Assembly (NCBI GenBank): GCA_023645945.1
Contig: JALAIB010000058.1
Location: 1-38,099 of the forward strand
Origin: Diploschistes diacapsis
Lineage: Eukaryota
Direction of reading: 5' to 3'
DNA length: 38,099 nucleotides
Shown here: piece after piece, positions 1-11,720 of the stretch
Numbering within the stretch: the stretch's first letter is position 1
Layout of the letters: each line of letters opens with the position of its first letter
The notes under the pieces: generated by a model
What the model saw: only the letters and a program-made list of their open reading frames with translations
Database searches by the model: none
Told to the model about the DNA's origin: nothing
Program-made: the position numbers and the translations under genes

Positions 1-941
1 CCCGCGATCACCCCCACCGAATCCTCCGCGGAAGCCTCCTCCTGGTCGGAAACCACCTGGGACTGTGGGAGGACCGGAGAATCCAGTTGGTCGAGCCGGT
101 AGCGCCTTTGTGTATCCACGGCCACCGAGCCCACCGCCGAATCGACGGGGCCGCCAGCCCTTCACGGTTCGTCCTCGCTCTACGTCGACAAGGACCTTGC
201 GATCTTTGATTCGAATGCCATCTGTTTCTTTGTAGGCAGCTAAATTGCAGCGAACGTAGCCCCCGTGTCAGTGAAGTTCTCATTTTACCTTGAAGCCAGG
301 GAGGGTCTCGGGGTGTATACTTTTCATGTCCTTCTCCCGTTCATACACAATGAATGCATAGCCTCTGTTGGGTTTCTTTTTCTTCTTCTGCGCCCCGTCC
401 ACTTCAGTCTTTGGCGTCGTGTCCGTCACAACTCGAATCTATATCGAATCAGTCACAGTAAGAATGCGGGAGAAGCCAGCAATAGCGTACTCTCTCGATC
501 GGACCGTAACGGCCAAATTCTTTCTCAAGATCAAGTTCCTTGGTCTCGTAGCTCAGGCGCGCGACGAAGAGGGTCTTGTAAGGATCGCCTCGGACCTGAG
601 GGTCTTCTGCAGGCTTGTCTGCAACAATTTCCAGTAAGCACTGAGTTCATTGGAGAACTCAGGGTATATTAATGTGACGAACAGTTTTCATAGTCTTCAA
701 CTAGAACCTTCTTCTGCTTCTCTCTTTTTTCTGCCTTTAAGCGCTCCTTCTTCTCGAACCAACTCTCCGTGAACTCGTACGGTATTTGTTTGTATTCTTC
801 CAGGTCGTTCAGGAAAGCCCCAACACCGCTGGGCGTAGCTGTTTTACGCTTCTCGGGAGCATGATCGGAAGGAGGCAGGTACCGTAATGCTGGCCGGGCA
901 GCAAAAAGTGCAAGGAGGTTTGGTGGCAACTTATCCGTCAT
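1..941 (-). CDS. SNP1: U1 snRNP 70 kDa protein (U1-70K), 3' end beyond the window; exons 941-683, 618-491, 438-321, 239-<1
   Basis: Manual splicing (introns 619-682, 439-490, 240-320, all GT..AG) gives [17 protein letters not shown]...[33 protein letters not shown]...[55 protein letters not shown]. This is the U1-70K N-terminus, RRM and conserved RRFGGGLGG motif. Confidence 0.96.
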
Positions 942-2671
942 CTTAAGATCATTCAACAATCACTTTGAGATGAGGACAGCTATGTGGGTAGAAAGTGATA
1001 AAGAATGCGAAGGTAATGAACTTAGATAATACGTCGCGTGTTCTGGAAAAGCTTCAGGTCGGGAAGCAGCAGCTCTAAACTCGGCTAGCGCATAACCGGG
1101 AGATAGAACTGGCGGAGGCTAAAAATAAGACTAGTCTAACTTTTAAAGGTGCATAAGGTAACTTCAAAAAAGAAGATCCCAGGTCCATCACGCCGCCGTC
1201 TGCCTGTATCAAACGTGCACAGAATCCCACGACTGATGGAAACCACGCGATTTACGTCCCAAAGAACCAACTAGTGTTACGAAGCAACCTGGTCAGCTTG
1301 ACCCTGCTGACCCAGCAACAAGCTGCTAAATCGTCGGGCTCACACGCTCAAGTCGTGTAGGAAAGCATTAAAGAAGATAGAGACACATGCCTTACTAGAC
1401 CCCGAGAAAGAAAGGCGATATGGCTATCCGACATAGCAATCACTACCTCATTCTGCTTCCAACATCACGAGTAGGAGTTAACATCGTTAACCAGCTACAG
1501 ATCCACGATTAAATTCCTACCACGGTCTTCATAAAGATCGGCTCATAAGAATGGCACCTATCTTTAATGGCTCCTGTCGCCAAAGCTGAAGCAAGCTTAC
1601 CTTGAAGAAATCTTGCCGTTATATCAGCTCTATGCATGATCTTGCCAACCCTATGCATGATCTTACCCAGTCTGAATTCAGGCTCTACTGCAAACATCTC
1701 GTCTCAAGGGGCGCTCGCCAGAAAATCCTCTTATCCCACAGAAGTTCAAGATGTAGTAGGGATGCTTAGCCGACTTCAGCATTGGTCTGTAAGTATAATG
1801 TTGAAGCTTGGGAGTTGGAGAGAAAGGAGACACAGGTAGTTCATGGAAAGGCATGGGAAGCAGCTACTGAAAAAGTATTATTACGGTCAAGACGTAAAGC
1901 GACGATGCCGTGAACGAGTGATGGAGTCACCCAAAGACTCAGAGGATCGAAGACAATGCCAGACTAATCCGTACCAAAACCAGCACCTGAGTCAGCGACC
2001 ATTTCAGTATGGTTATGTTGTCAAGATTCTCTGAGTTTCTGCATATTATGCCAAGGTTCGTTCAGTAGTAAATCTACATCTTGTTTCCATGTGAGTACAT
2101 GATTCCGTCGGGGCCCAAGGTGCGCCTCAGTACTTTAGTCGCCTGAAGTGCAACTCTACCATCCAAAAACTATTGTTGATGTCCTTCATATTTGACTTCT
2201 GCCGTATCACAGTAACAGTGAGTGTATCTCTACTTTGATTTGTAATATCTACGCTTGAGCTTTGTTCCTGTTTGGCTGGGCAACTTGGTATACATCATAG
2301 GAGCTATGATTTCAAGAACTAATGAGGAAGCTCGAAGAGAGTTAGATTTATTTCTCAATGTATAAGTCCCAAAATCGTGCTTGAGACTTGCTAAGAAATC
2401 ACAGGCCTTGCGCTCTGGTATACATTAAAAAATGCTCTCTTAATCCCTCCGTTCAGCTATACTATACTTCCCTCTGTCCTTGCTCTCACGCAATTTCTCC
2501 CTGATCTATGAAAACCCAACGACCGGAACAATAGGGAATAGCGCAAAAGAGAAAAGGGAAACCCTTGTAGAGGGGACTCGGAGTTACATGAAGGATCCTA
2601 AGTGGAGGTATATGGCGTTTATCGAAAGGAAAGCAGCGAGGAACAAGCACTTACCCCTGCCCCTGCGCTTA

Positions 2672-2900
2672 GTATTCGGTATTCGGTATTCGGTATCTCT
2701 GTTTCTATATATGGACTTAGTACAGAAGATAAGAAAGTGAAGGCTGCCGGCGTTGCTGAGGACAATCGCTTACGCAGAGGACAATCGCTTACGGAGAGGA
2801 CAATCGCTTATGCAACGCAGGAAATTATAGACGCGATAAGTAAATCGCAGAGCGTGGTTACGATTATAACAGATCCGGATCCGGATCCGTCGTAGCACTG
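2672..2900. repeat. Cluster of short tandem repeats, possibly a relic DNA transposon end
   Basis: GTATTCG x3 (2672-2692), 19-bp unit GAGGACAATCGCTTAYGSA x3 (2758-2814), and GATCCG x3 followed by TCGTAGCACTG (2872-2900). The repeats are seen directly; the transposon origin is inference. Confidence 0.6.
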
Positions 2901-3867
2901 GTATATGCGGAAGATAGCGTGAATCCGGTCACGTGACACTTTCTTCCGGATCATCTTCGGTTAATCTGGCAACTGGGGTCAAAGTACCATCACATACTAA
3001 TTAATATGTAAATGTACTTACCCCTGGATTTTACCCTCACTTTCAATGGCAAATCTACAGCCTACAGCATAGGGGTTTTATTGCTCCCAGCGCGCATTCC
3101 GGCTGGCGCTGCCTTAGAAAGGGCGAAAAGGGGTCCACTTAGGGGGAGAAGGAACTGAAAATTGACACGCGAATATACTAGCAAGAACGCAGCAGGACAA
3201 ACTACAGCCTTGTCCAAAAATTGAGCCGCATTTCTCTCTTCTTCAGCTTCTATCAGCACGTTCGAACCTTGGCCCGTTTTCCCCTTGCCTAGTTGCCTAT
3301 CCTTGATCAGCCCGCATCTTGCCTATATATATATATCCAAGGCTGTGCTTCTTTTTTCTTCAGTTTCTGTTGTCGTAATTTTCTGCTATTCCCATTATGT
3401 CTGCCGCTCCTGCTGCTCCTCCCGCATCCTCTGCGTCTCCCGCCCCTCAACAGCCCCTGATGAAGAAAGTCAAGGTAAAGAAGCCTGATGGCACAATTGT
3501 TACTGTATTGATGCCTGTTAAACCTGGTGCGAGTCCACTTTCACCGACTGGCTCTCAGCCAGCTCCTGCGCAGAGCAAGCCAACTAATCCGACTGCTCCC
3601 AACTCCAAGCCACCAACGGCTATTTCAACGCCTTTGCCGACTCAGTCGATTTCGAAGACCGCTACTGTCGTATCCTCACCAGCAAACGCGTCGAAACCCG
3701 CGACTCAGCAAACAGTAAAGGAATCTGTTATCAAACCAAACGCACCAGATGCCAAAGTAGCAAAGCCAAACGAGGCCCCTAAAAGTACCACATCTGCACC
3801 CCAGCCAATCAAAGTTCAAGCTCCGGCTGTTGCAGCCCCAAAACCCTTGCCGGTGAGCGGAGAAAGT

Positions 3868-4260
3868 AGCCAACCTGCAGCTACTGTGTCTCAGCCGAAA
3901 GCCCCTCCTAATGTGGCTTCATATGCTACTGAAACTGCCCCTGTCACTGGAGTGACCAAGCAGCCCCTCGCTCCTCATGCCCAGCAACACACGAGTCAAA
4001 TACCAGCTGTTACAGGTTCGAAGTCTGCACTTGCAGCCACCGCACCCAGCCAACATGCAGCTGGCGTTACTCAGCAAAAAGCTCCTTCTAATGCAGCCTC
4101 GCCTGCTACTGGAACTGTTACTATTGCTAAAGTGACCAGGTAACCCGTTGCTCCTCCTGCTCAGCAGAAAACGAGCCAAAGCCCGGCTGTTACAGGTTCG
4201 AACTCTGCACCGGCAGCGACAGCAAGTAGCCAACCCCCAGCTATTGCTCCGCAGTCAAGT
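3868..4260 (+). repeat. Coding 180-nt (60-aa) diverged tandem repeat, about 2.2 copies
   Basis: SQPAATVSQPKAPPN (3868), SQHAAGVTQQKAPSN (4048), SQPPAIAPQ (4228). GCTGTTACAGGTTCGAA recurs 180 nt apart. Confidence 0.9.
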
Positions 4261-4849
4261 AAAACCCACCCTCCAGCAGCTTCATCTACTAGGTCCGTAC
4301 CGCCAGCAGGGGCGAACAGTGTGCCTTCAGCTTACTCGCAGCCAACTCCTCGAGGTTCCGATCTCGTCAGAGGTATGGATCAGCTCTCGACAGCTATCAC
4401 CACGGGGGGTCAGGTAATTGATAACTTGGATCGTATTGCTCAGCAATTCGGTACTGTGGTTGACAAAGCGAACACACTGGCTCACAGATTCGATAACGGC
4501 GAAGAGAAAACCGAAGTCGCTGCTAAGGGTGCCCCCAAGGCAGTCCCTGCCCCTCCCAAGGACGCGCCAAAAGGAGCTGCACAACCAGCACCTAATAGCA
4601 AGCCAGTCTCAACGATAGCTTCGACTACTGGAATGTCGAAAGCTTCTTCCGATCAAGTCGCGCCCAAGGGAGCCCTCTCGGCCCCAAAAAACATAACACT
4701 AGCCACGGCGAAAAGGCAGCCCCAGCTTTCAGCCACAGCTAGTGCTCCCAAGGACATCAAAACACCGCCCAAGGTGGTTTTAGCAGCTGCTCCTGCCGAA
4801 GCTGCTGCACACTCACCCTTCCATCCTGAAGCAATGGAAGGTGAAGGGT

Positions 4850-5530
4850 CTCATGGAGTTTACGACCAAGCTTTTCATGTAGGCTCGCAGCGTGGACTGG
4901 TAACCGAAAATGAGCCCCTCGAGATGTACAATCCTGCGATACACGGAGTTATATACCATGGCCTAGGAGATGAAGACGAGCCTATTGAGATGTACAATCC
5001 TGCGATGCACGGAGTCATTTACGATGGCCTAGGGGATGGAGACGAGCCCATCGAGATGTACAATCCTGCGATGCACGGAGTTATTCACCATAGCCTAGGG
5101 GATGAAGACGAGCCCATAGAGGTATACGACCCTGCCATCCACGGAAACTATCAACATTTAGCAGAAGGCGGCGAAGAAACCCTGGAAGCCAATGACCCGG
5201 CAGTACATAGAGTGCTACACCAAGCGACAGAAGACGCTGACCTCGCCCCAGAACACCTAGTATCAGACAGTAACGAGCCTCTGGAGGAAGCTCATGACCC
5301 TACCATACACGACGCTCTTGCAGACAACGCCGAAGTTGGCGACGACTTTGCCGTCATGTATGACCCGGCGATACACGGAGCCCTGGAACAGCTAGCGGAA
5401 GGTCAAGAAGCAGACGGTAACGAGGCTACCGAAGTCTATGATCCTGCAATTCATGGACCCCTCGATCTCGCTGCAGCAGACGATGAATCGCCCGCCGAAG
5501 GCTATGACCTCGCCGATCATGGAAACACCG
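4850..5530 (+). repeat. Coding 66-nt (22-aa) tandem repeat with core Y[DN]PA[IM]HG; 4 tight copies plus about 6 degenerate ones
   Basis: GAGATGTACAATCCTGCGAT at 4921, 4987 and 5053, and GAGGTATACGACCCTGCCAT at 5119. Other copies: YDQAFHVG, NDPAVH, HDPTIH, YDPAIHG (x2), YDLADHG. Confidence 0.92.
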
Positions 5531-7175
5531 ATAGCGGCGAGGCCGATGCCGCCACTTACGGGCGCTTAAATCCTGCTGAAGTTGCCCACCCTGTCGCCGA
5601 CGCACAAGCAGGTGGAGGTACAGGTACCACGACGCCGACGTCTCCCACCTCGCCCACGCCAGAAGCGGAGCCCAGTGCTATTGACGGTGATGGAGAGCCA
5701 CAGGCAAAGGAGTGGTTCGATGAGCATATTGGCATTTCTCAAGGTTCAAGAGCAGGGGACGGAAATGGAGATGATGGTCAAGGAGACGGCGGGGACGAGA
5801 ATAGGTCTCAGAATGGCAGTGATGGCCAAGGTGGTGATGATATTCAAGATGGCAGCGATGGCCAAGGAGATGATGGGGACCAGGGGCAGAGGAGCGGGGA
5901 TGAGGGCCAGGTACATGACGGTTACGAGTCTGGCGTCGAGGAGAGCGGGGATGAGGACTAACGGGATGATGGCCTTGCCTTGCTTCTGAGATGATTCTCG
6001 TTTGTGTCTTTCGTTAGCTTTGTTATAGGGCTATGATGTGTCTCGCTCCTGTTTACGATACGGATTTTCCCTTGTCCATCTACTTTTTAGTCATTTCTTA
6101 CAATGCGCGGAAACTCTTGACTGGTTCCAAACCTTCTGTTACCGACATCGCTCGCCTTGCTCTGGATCCTCCTACAGCAATGAAGTCTTCGATCTTCCTC
6201 TCTTTCCTTGCTGCAGGCCAGAATAACCCAAGGTCAGAACGACTTAGACCCAATAATATTTTCATCCGGCTTCCCGAAAGTTAGCCACTTGCAACTAGTC
6301 ATGGGTAGGTAAAAGATGTCACTAAGAGCAAGGATGAATTAGACAGAGGAGCAAGAGATTTAACGTTGGTGCTGAAGGCTGATAACCCCATCACTAAGGC
6401 AATCAGAAGGTCGGCAGGCGATATTAACAATAGATTGCCACTTTAGACCCCTACAAGAGCTCGTGAGATAAAGGAGGTCGATATGGATCGGAAGAACCTT
6501 TGGCCGGAGCCAGTTCCCCGTAAAGCGAGCCAATCATATCATGTCACGTGACCATTTTCATTGTCTCGCGTATAGATATATCTCACACCAAACAACCTGA
6601 CCATTGTCTTCAATTTCAATTGCTTCCACAACCACGTCTTAACTTCCGAGTATTACCTTTGCGAGTGTTGCCATCCACCACCGTCGGCTTCCTATAATCC
6701 CCTGCTACGGCAATATATAATGGCGGAATATGAACTGTTCTGGATAAACAAGGCCTCTCAGAGTCGAAAACCTCTCAGTCTAGGTAAGGGCGTCGACAAC
6801 AAAAGCCAAGACGCCGTTTCGCAGTCCCGAAGGAATATTTCCCGGGTTCAAATACCTGCATGCAGTTCTGAGAATGGACCGATTCCTAGATGAGGGGTGG
6901 AATGTATGGAAGGATGCCGCTGACGGTCCGCCCAGCCATGGGAGCATCTTGACGTCCATACCCCTTTTGTAGCCGTGGTTCTTCTAGACTAGCAGCAATG
7001 TTCTCCTGCATTCACTGTGGCCTGATGTCAGTTCCCGTTGCCTTGCCACTCACTGCTCGCTCATGCATAAATACCTGCCATCCGCCTATCGCCCGCCCAT
7101 AGTCGAGCGTTTTCCTTCAGCAAGCTGAAACCTGATTCATCTCAAAGATTATTCCGTCTCAGTACAGCAAGCAAC

Positions 7176-10086
7176 ATGTCAAAGTCAACCGACAACCTCT
7201 TCTCACATCCGCTGGTTGGGATTACTACCGCCAAGCTCGAGTAACTGGCCAAAAAGCGTGATATGTTCGAGAGCCACAATGCGCAAATTGCCGCCAAAGT
7301 TAATAAAGAAGGGCAATAATCTCGGGAAGGTCAGGATCCTGTCTGAGGGCCTCAAGGCCAGCTTCGGCATTTCTCTCTCCGGAGGCAAGGTTGTTCGCGG
7401 CAATACCAACTGTACACGTGATTGGAGATTGATGTCAAGAACTTTGGCCACTTTCTTGCTCAGGCACGCCATGACCTTTCCGTTTCCACAAGCCTGTAAA
7501 GCAATGGCAGGATGCTCTCATGCGGCACCTTGAGGTTCAATCCCTCAAGTATCTCTATGCTGACCTTTACTGCCAGCTTACAACCAAATGGCTTTCTAGC
7601 AAGCAACAACTCATCACTGGAGTCTCTAAAGACGACGTCAACGTGGATTACTTCGGACAAATACCGGGAACTAAAAGGATTGACTTTAGAGTCGAATGGG
7701 AGCGCTCCGTGTTCGAGGCCGCCGATGTTAACTCGAGTAATATTCTTAAAATGCTCCGGGGTATTTCGAAAGGGAAGTTGACAGCTCTAAGAAACTCGAA
7801 GAGGCCTTGATTGCTCTCCGAATGAAAGTGGAAGAAGTGGCAGAAAATGGCTTCAACACGCCAACAAGCTTTACACCACAGGAACTGAAATGGGTAATCA
7901 ATGTAGCTTCAGGCTTATTGACCGAGGGGAACGGAATGTACTCAAAAGTTTTCTTGAAAATCCAAAACATTTTGGGCGAAATCGCCGACGTCCTCAACAT
8001 GAGAACGGTTGCTCTGATGATTGGTCTTGGGGAGAAGTGGTTCAACTCGAGGAGCGCCGGCAATTGAATGGAACGTTCAACATCTTCCTGCACGAAGATC
8101 TTTTACAAGCTATATTCCTGCAGTATATTGGCTTCAAGTGGTCAGCAGCTTTCAAGAGTATCTTTGCGGATTTTTATAAGTCACCGGTCGTATGGAAGAT
8201 AACAGGAGCTTCATTGACCATGAAAGACAAATAGCATAGAGATTACTTTCTTGGTCCGCAGAGAACAACGCCAGCCATTTCGTCCATGGAACGTTCCATC
8301 TATCGCAAACGTTACTTTATACATCGGCTTCACGACTACAAGGAGCAGTCGTTTATTAATGCAGAAGGAGACAAAGAAGCTGATTTTGAATATTTCATGC
8401 ACGTGACAAAGCCTGCGCCGCAAACATATTCAGGCCAGACCAAGCAGACGGCACGTATATCTACAGGAGGCAAAGCCCCCTCGAATGCAGCTGGCCTCGA
8501 AAGCCGCCAGGCAAGCTCCACACTCGACAGAAAATGAAGACTTCGTAGAAACGGAGATGGAGGACGACGATGATGTCGGAGACGAAAAATCCCATGGAGG
8601 TCAAGCAGGGTTTGCTCCACCTACTTTCGACGGGCATACTTATGAACATCTGACTGCATGGTGAAGTCACTGCTTTGGATCACGAGTCGATTCGTTATTC
8701 CCTTCCGCATACGACGATCTTGACGATATTGGAATATCTTGGGCTTTCCCAAAAGTGGACCACCTTCTTCCGACGCTTTTTGGAAGCGCCGCTCCAGTTT
8801 GCAGATGATCCGTCCTCTCCGCCGCGAAAGAGGCTCCGAGGTACACCTGGCTCGTATGTGCTAAGTGGGGTCTTCAGTGAACTTGTTCTCTTCTGCCTAG
8901 ACTTTTGCATCAATTCTGTCGCCGAAGGCAATGTTCTTTGGAGAGCGGGAGATGACTTCTGGTTCTGCGCTTCAGATAATTCGAGCTTCGTCAAGGCTTG
9001 GCGCTATGTCACTGAGTTTATGAAGACCACGGGGCTATCCTTGAACGAGCAACGAAGGGGCAGCACCCGGATGGCTCGAAAAGGTAATGATGAAAACAGC
9101 TTACTTTCTATAGACGTTGGAGCTTCACAAGGGCCAAATCACATGACCAGATGGGGCATGTTGTTCCTCAATCCCGAGACAGGTCATTCGAGATTGACCA
9201 AGAAATGGTCGCAACGCATATTGATGAGATGGGCCGCCGGCTCGAAGGAAAGAAGGACAACATCTTTTCCTGGATACATGGGTGAAATAGCTACGCAACG
9301 ACAATTTCACGACAAATTTTAGAAAACCAGCGAACTGTTTTGGAAGACAGCACGTCGATAACATGCTTCCTACGCATGAACGGATCCAGCTCAAGATCTT
9401 TTCCTCTTCAGCAGATACGGCCGGTGCCGAAGCTAGCCGCAATGGTAGCGTTGTCGAATTCCTCCGCCAAACCATCGAGCATCGCTTCGGGGTCAAAGAC
9501 GTCCCGGACGGCCACTTCTCCTTTCCTTCTGAAATTGGCGGCCTGGACGTCCAGAGTCCCTTCGTCAGCCTGATCCAGAGGCGTGAGGCCGCCGAAAAGC
9601 AGCCGGGAAAGAGCATAGACGAGTACTTCAAGAAAGAACGTGAAGCCCACAAAGAGGCCAAGGCCAGATTCGAAAGCGGAGAAACCACCGACGCACGCTA
9701 CCAGTCACCCGACCCGGACTTCAAGCCGGAAGATGCTGACGCCTTCTTCTCGTCTGAGGAATTCGTCAGCTCTCGCAAAATCCTCGATGACGGGCTCCGC
9801 GGTGCCTACGAGAAACTGCTCAGCCCGCCCAAAGAGCAGGGCCTCGACTACGATGACCGCGGGGTCGTTATGAACGCGGTCGCTGCTCTGAGTGGGCAGC
9901 AGAATCTGCGGGGGATCAGCGCTCCGTGGTATGGTATGGAATCTTACTGGCCGTGGGTCGCGCAGCTGGGTATGGACCGGAGATGGTGCAGCGCGTTGGG
10001 GGGTTTTTCGGATAGCTGACCGGGGATTGCTGCCTAGGGGGATGGCGAGCTCGTTTAGGAATGCTCGGCTAGACTGGCAGGAGTAG
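7176..10086 (+). pseudogene. rvt: rvt-type cellular reverse transcriptase-related gene with multiple frameshifts and stops
   Basis: Fragments in shifting frames match rvt proteins as I recall them: ITTAKLE*LAKKR, LEVQSLKYLYADLYCQLTTKWLS, IADVLNMR, IFLHEDLLQAIFLQYIGFKWS, ISTGGKAP, SLPHTTILTIL..KWTTFFRRFLEAPLQF, RGTPGSYVLSGVFSELVLFCLDF, WRAGDDFWF (RT catalytic xxDD), FGVKDVPDGHFSFP..GGLDVQSPF, LLPRGMASSFR..W.E*. No gag, endonuclease, RNase H or integrase is nearby. Confidence 0.88.
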
Positions 10087-10486
10087 TTGTTAGCATGTGG
10101 TGAATTGCTATGTACGATGGAGGAGTTTTGATTATATAATAGGTGGGCAAAGATGGAAAAGGGGCCGTAAAGTAAGCTCGGACATGAATCGTTCTTGAGT
10201 CCTCGGTTGAGGCAGGGTTTCACGTGTAACAGACTGACGATCAGTACGGTTTGTTATCTAGATCAGGTTCGTATTAAATTGCAAGCAACCTCGTCCGGGC
10301 CTGCTGGATTGCTCCCCAGCTGAAAAATTTTTTTAAAAAAATACACAGATGCATCAGTGACGCCAAGAAGCACTCCGACTTACCACGTCCCAAAGGGATA
10401 ATTCATCGTAACGAAGCACTTGTTCCTCCACATCCCGTACAGTACAAACTCGAACCACCCAGCGCCAGTCCGCAGCAGCAGCGATC

Positions 10487-11311
10487 CTACTCCAACCTCA
10501 CGACCCCGTCGCGCTTCCACCCCATCCACACCCCAGCGAAAACAAGCTTGATCGCGCCGGCGCTCCACAACGCCGCACTAATGTCGCCCTCCCGCGTCAG
10601 CGCCCCGCCGACGATCGCGCCCAGCAGCAACGCCACCATGCTCGCCGCGCGCCTGTTCCGCTTCACGTTGCCGGCGACGGTGGCGGGCACGAAGAGCTTC
10701 TCGTCCACGACGAGGTCGCAGTAGGCGCTCGTCAGCACCACGCTCGTGACCTCGGCGCAGCCCAGCACGCGCGAGACGAAGATCTGCGCGCCGGCCTGCG
10801 CGCTCAGCAGCGCGAGCGGGAGCAGCACGATGAAGTCGGACGGCAGCGTCCCGCCGGCGGACCGCGGCACGGCCCCGACCGTCGTGAGCAGCGCCGAGGC
10901 GGAGATCAGCAGGGCCTGCACCAGCGTCGCGCCCACGATGCTGGAGCGCTGGAGCGCGCCCGCGTGGCGCATCAGCCGCGACGACACGTAGCAGCCCAGA
11001 AGGAAGGAGAGGATGGCGGTGCCGGACTTGGCCCAGCGCCACGGCTGCGAGCTGGGTTGGTGCGTGGCGCCCAGGCCGAGGTAGATTGTGTTGCCTGCGA
11101 AGGGGGAGATACCGGTCTGCATGCTCACGAAGCAGCTCCAGACGCTGAACACGGCGGAGTCCAGGAGGCCCGTGACGAAGCAGTTGAGGATCAGCATGCC
11201 GTCGCCCCATGCCGTGCTAAGTTCCTGAGCCAGATGCTCGCGGGCTTTGGACAGCCAGTGGCTCCGGGCTTTCGATCCATTGATCTGCGGGACAAGAGCA
11301 CCGTTGGACAT
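10487..11311 (-). CDS. DUF1275/YoaK-family multi-pass membrane protein, 274 aa, intronless
   Basis: Motifs CFVTGLLDSAVF, FVSMQTG..GNTIYLGLG, LLSAQAGAQ..SRVLG..EVTSVVLTSAYCDL..D, RNRR..LLGAIVGG; several hydrophobic segments; strong GC3 bias. Confidence 0.9.
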   Translation of the reverse strand: MSNGALVPQINGSKARSHWLSKAREHLAQELSTAWGDGMLILNCFVTGLLDSAVFSVWSCFVSMQTGISPFAGNTIYLGLGATHQPSSQPWRWAKSGTAILSFLLGCYVSSRLMRHAGALQRSSIVGATLVQALLISASALLTTVGAVPRSAGGTLPSDFIVLLPLALLSAQAGAQIFVSRVLGCAEVTSVVLTSAYCDLVVDEKLFVPATVAGNVKRNRRAASMVALLLGAIVGGALTREGDISAALWSAGAIKLVFAGVWMGWKRDGVVRLE

Positions 11312-11449
11312 GGCGGCGCCGTGTATGCGAAAACTCTATGTGTGGGCACCGATATTTACAGGAACAATTACATCAGCAGAAAATCGTCCTCCTCTCCCAT
11401 TACCGGTGTGGCTTTGCGACGGAGATAAGCCAATAAACCCGAAGGCTTG

Positions 11450-11720
11450 ACAGTAGACCCTATCGATTTTTGTACACAATTATTTGCCGTAAAACTCCCC
11501 TTTTGATCTTGTTTATCCGTTATTACCTATTTCAGTAATATGGAGATCTCCCTAGGCGGTACACTTTATGTTATTTAAAAGCTTTTTAATCGGTTAACCT
11601 AAACCTGTTTGGGTTTAATATTCCGAGACTAGGTTAACTGTTAGTTCTACAAAGTTTATACAAGGGGTAATGCGGAACAGGTGGTGCCTTTCAGTCAAAC
11701 AGTTTATGTAAATGCTCTGC
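11450..11720. other. Short AT-rich, RIP-like tract (probable repeat relic)
   Basis: TpA-rich stretch between two GC-rich genes, with small imperfect inverted repeats (GGTTAACCT...AGGTTAAC). Judged by eye. Confidence 0.4.

Larger units (their letters stand above)
3397..5961 (+). pseudogene. Low-complexity repeat protein (about 854 codons; Pro/Ala-rich N-half, acidic His-containing repeats in the C-half) interrupted by one in-frame TAA at 4141-4143
   Basis: ORFs 3397-4143 and 4321-5961 share a frame and the sequence between them is open. The TAA aligns with CAG (3961) in the preceding 180-nt repeat copy. A TATA-like (TA)n tract lies at about 3324-3336. The stop overlaps AG|GTAACC, so removal by splicing is not excluded. 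Confidence 0.7.

Noticed and set aside
265..672. Plus-strand ORFs of 135 and 89 aa
   Set aside because: Antisense shadows of the spliced U1-70K gene.
1500..2900. Short ORFs and a 21-nt duplication (CTATGCATGATCTT at 1630 and 1651)
   Set aside because: No recognisable domain or coding signal; the duplication is isolated.
4909..5150. Regular 66-nt repeats as a CRISPR array
   Set aside because: The units are in-frame coding repeats with mostly synonymous variation and no unique spacers, in a eukaryotic genome.
2926..6552. GTCACGTGAC palindromes (about 2928 and 6543) as bHLH sites
   Set aside because: Plausible E-boxes, but too short to support without conservation or binding data.
7176..10086. 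RT as part of a LINE or LTR retrotransposon
   Set aside because: No gag, protease, endonuclease, RNase H, integrase, LTRs or poly(A) tail; the flanking motifs are rvt-specific.
10578..11428. Overlapping Arg-rich ORFs of 210 and 154 aa
   Set aside because: Alternative frames kept open by the high GC of the DUF1275 gene.
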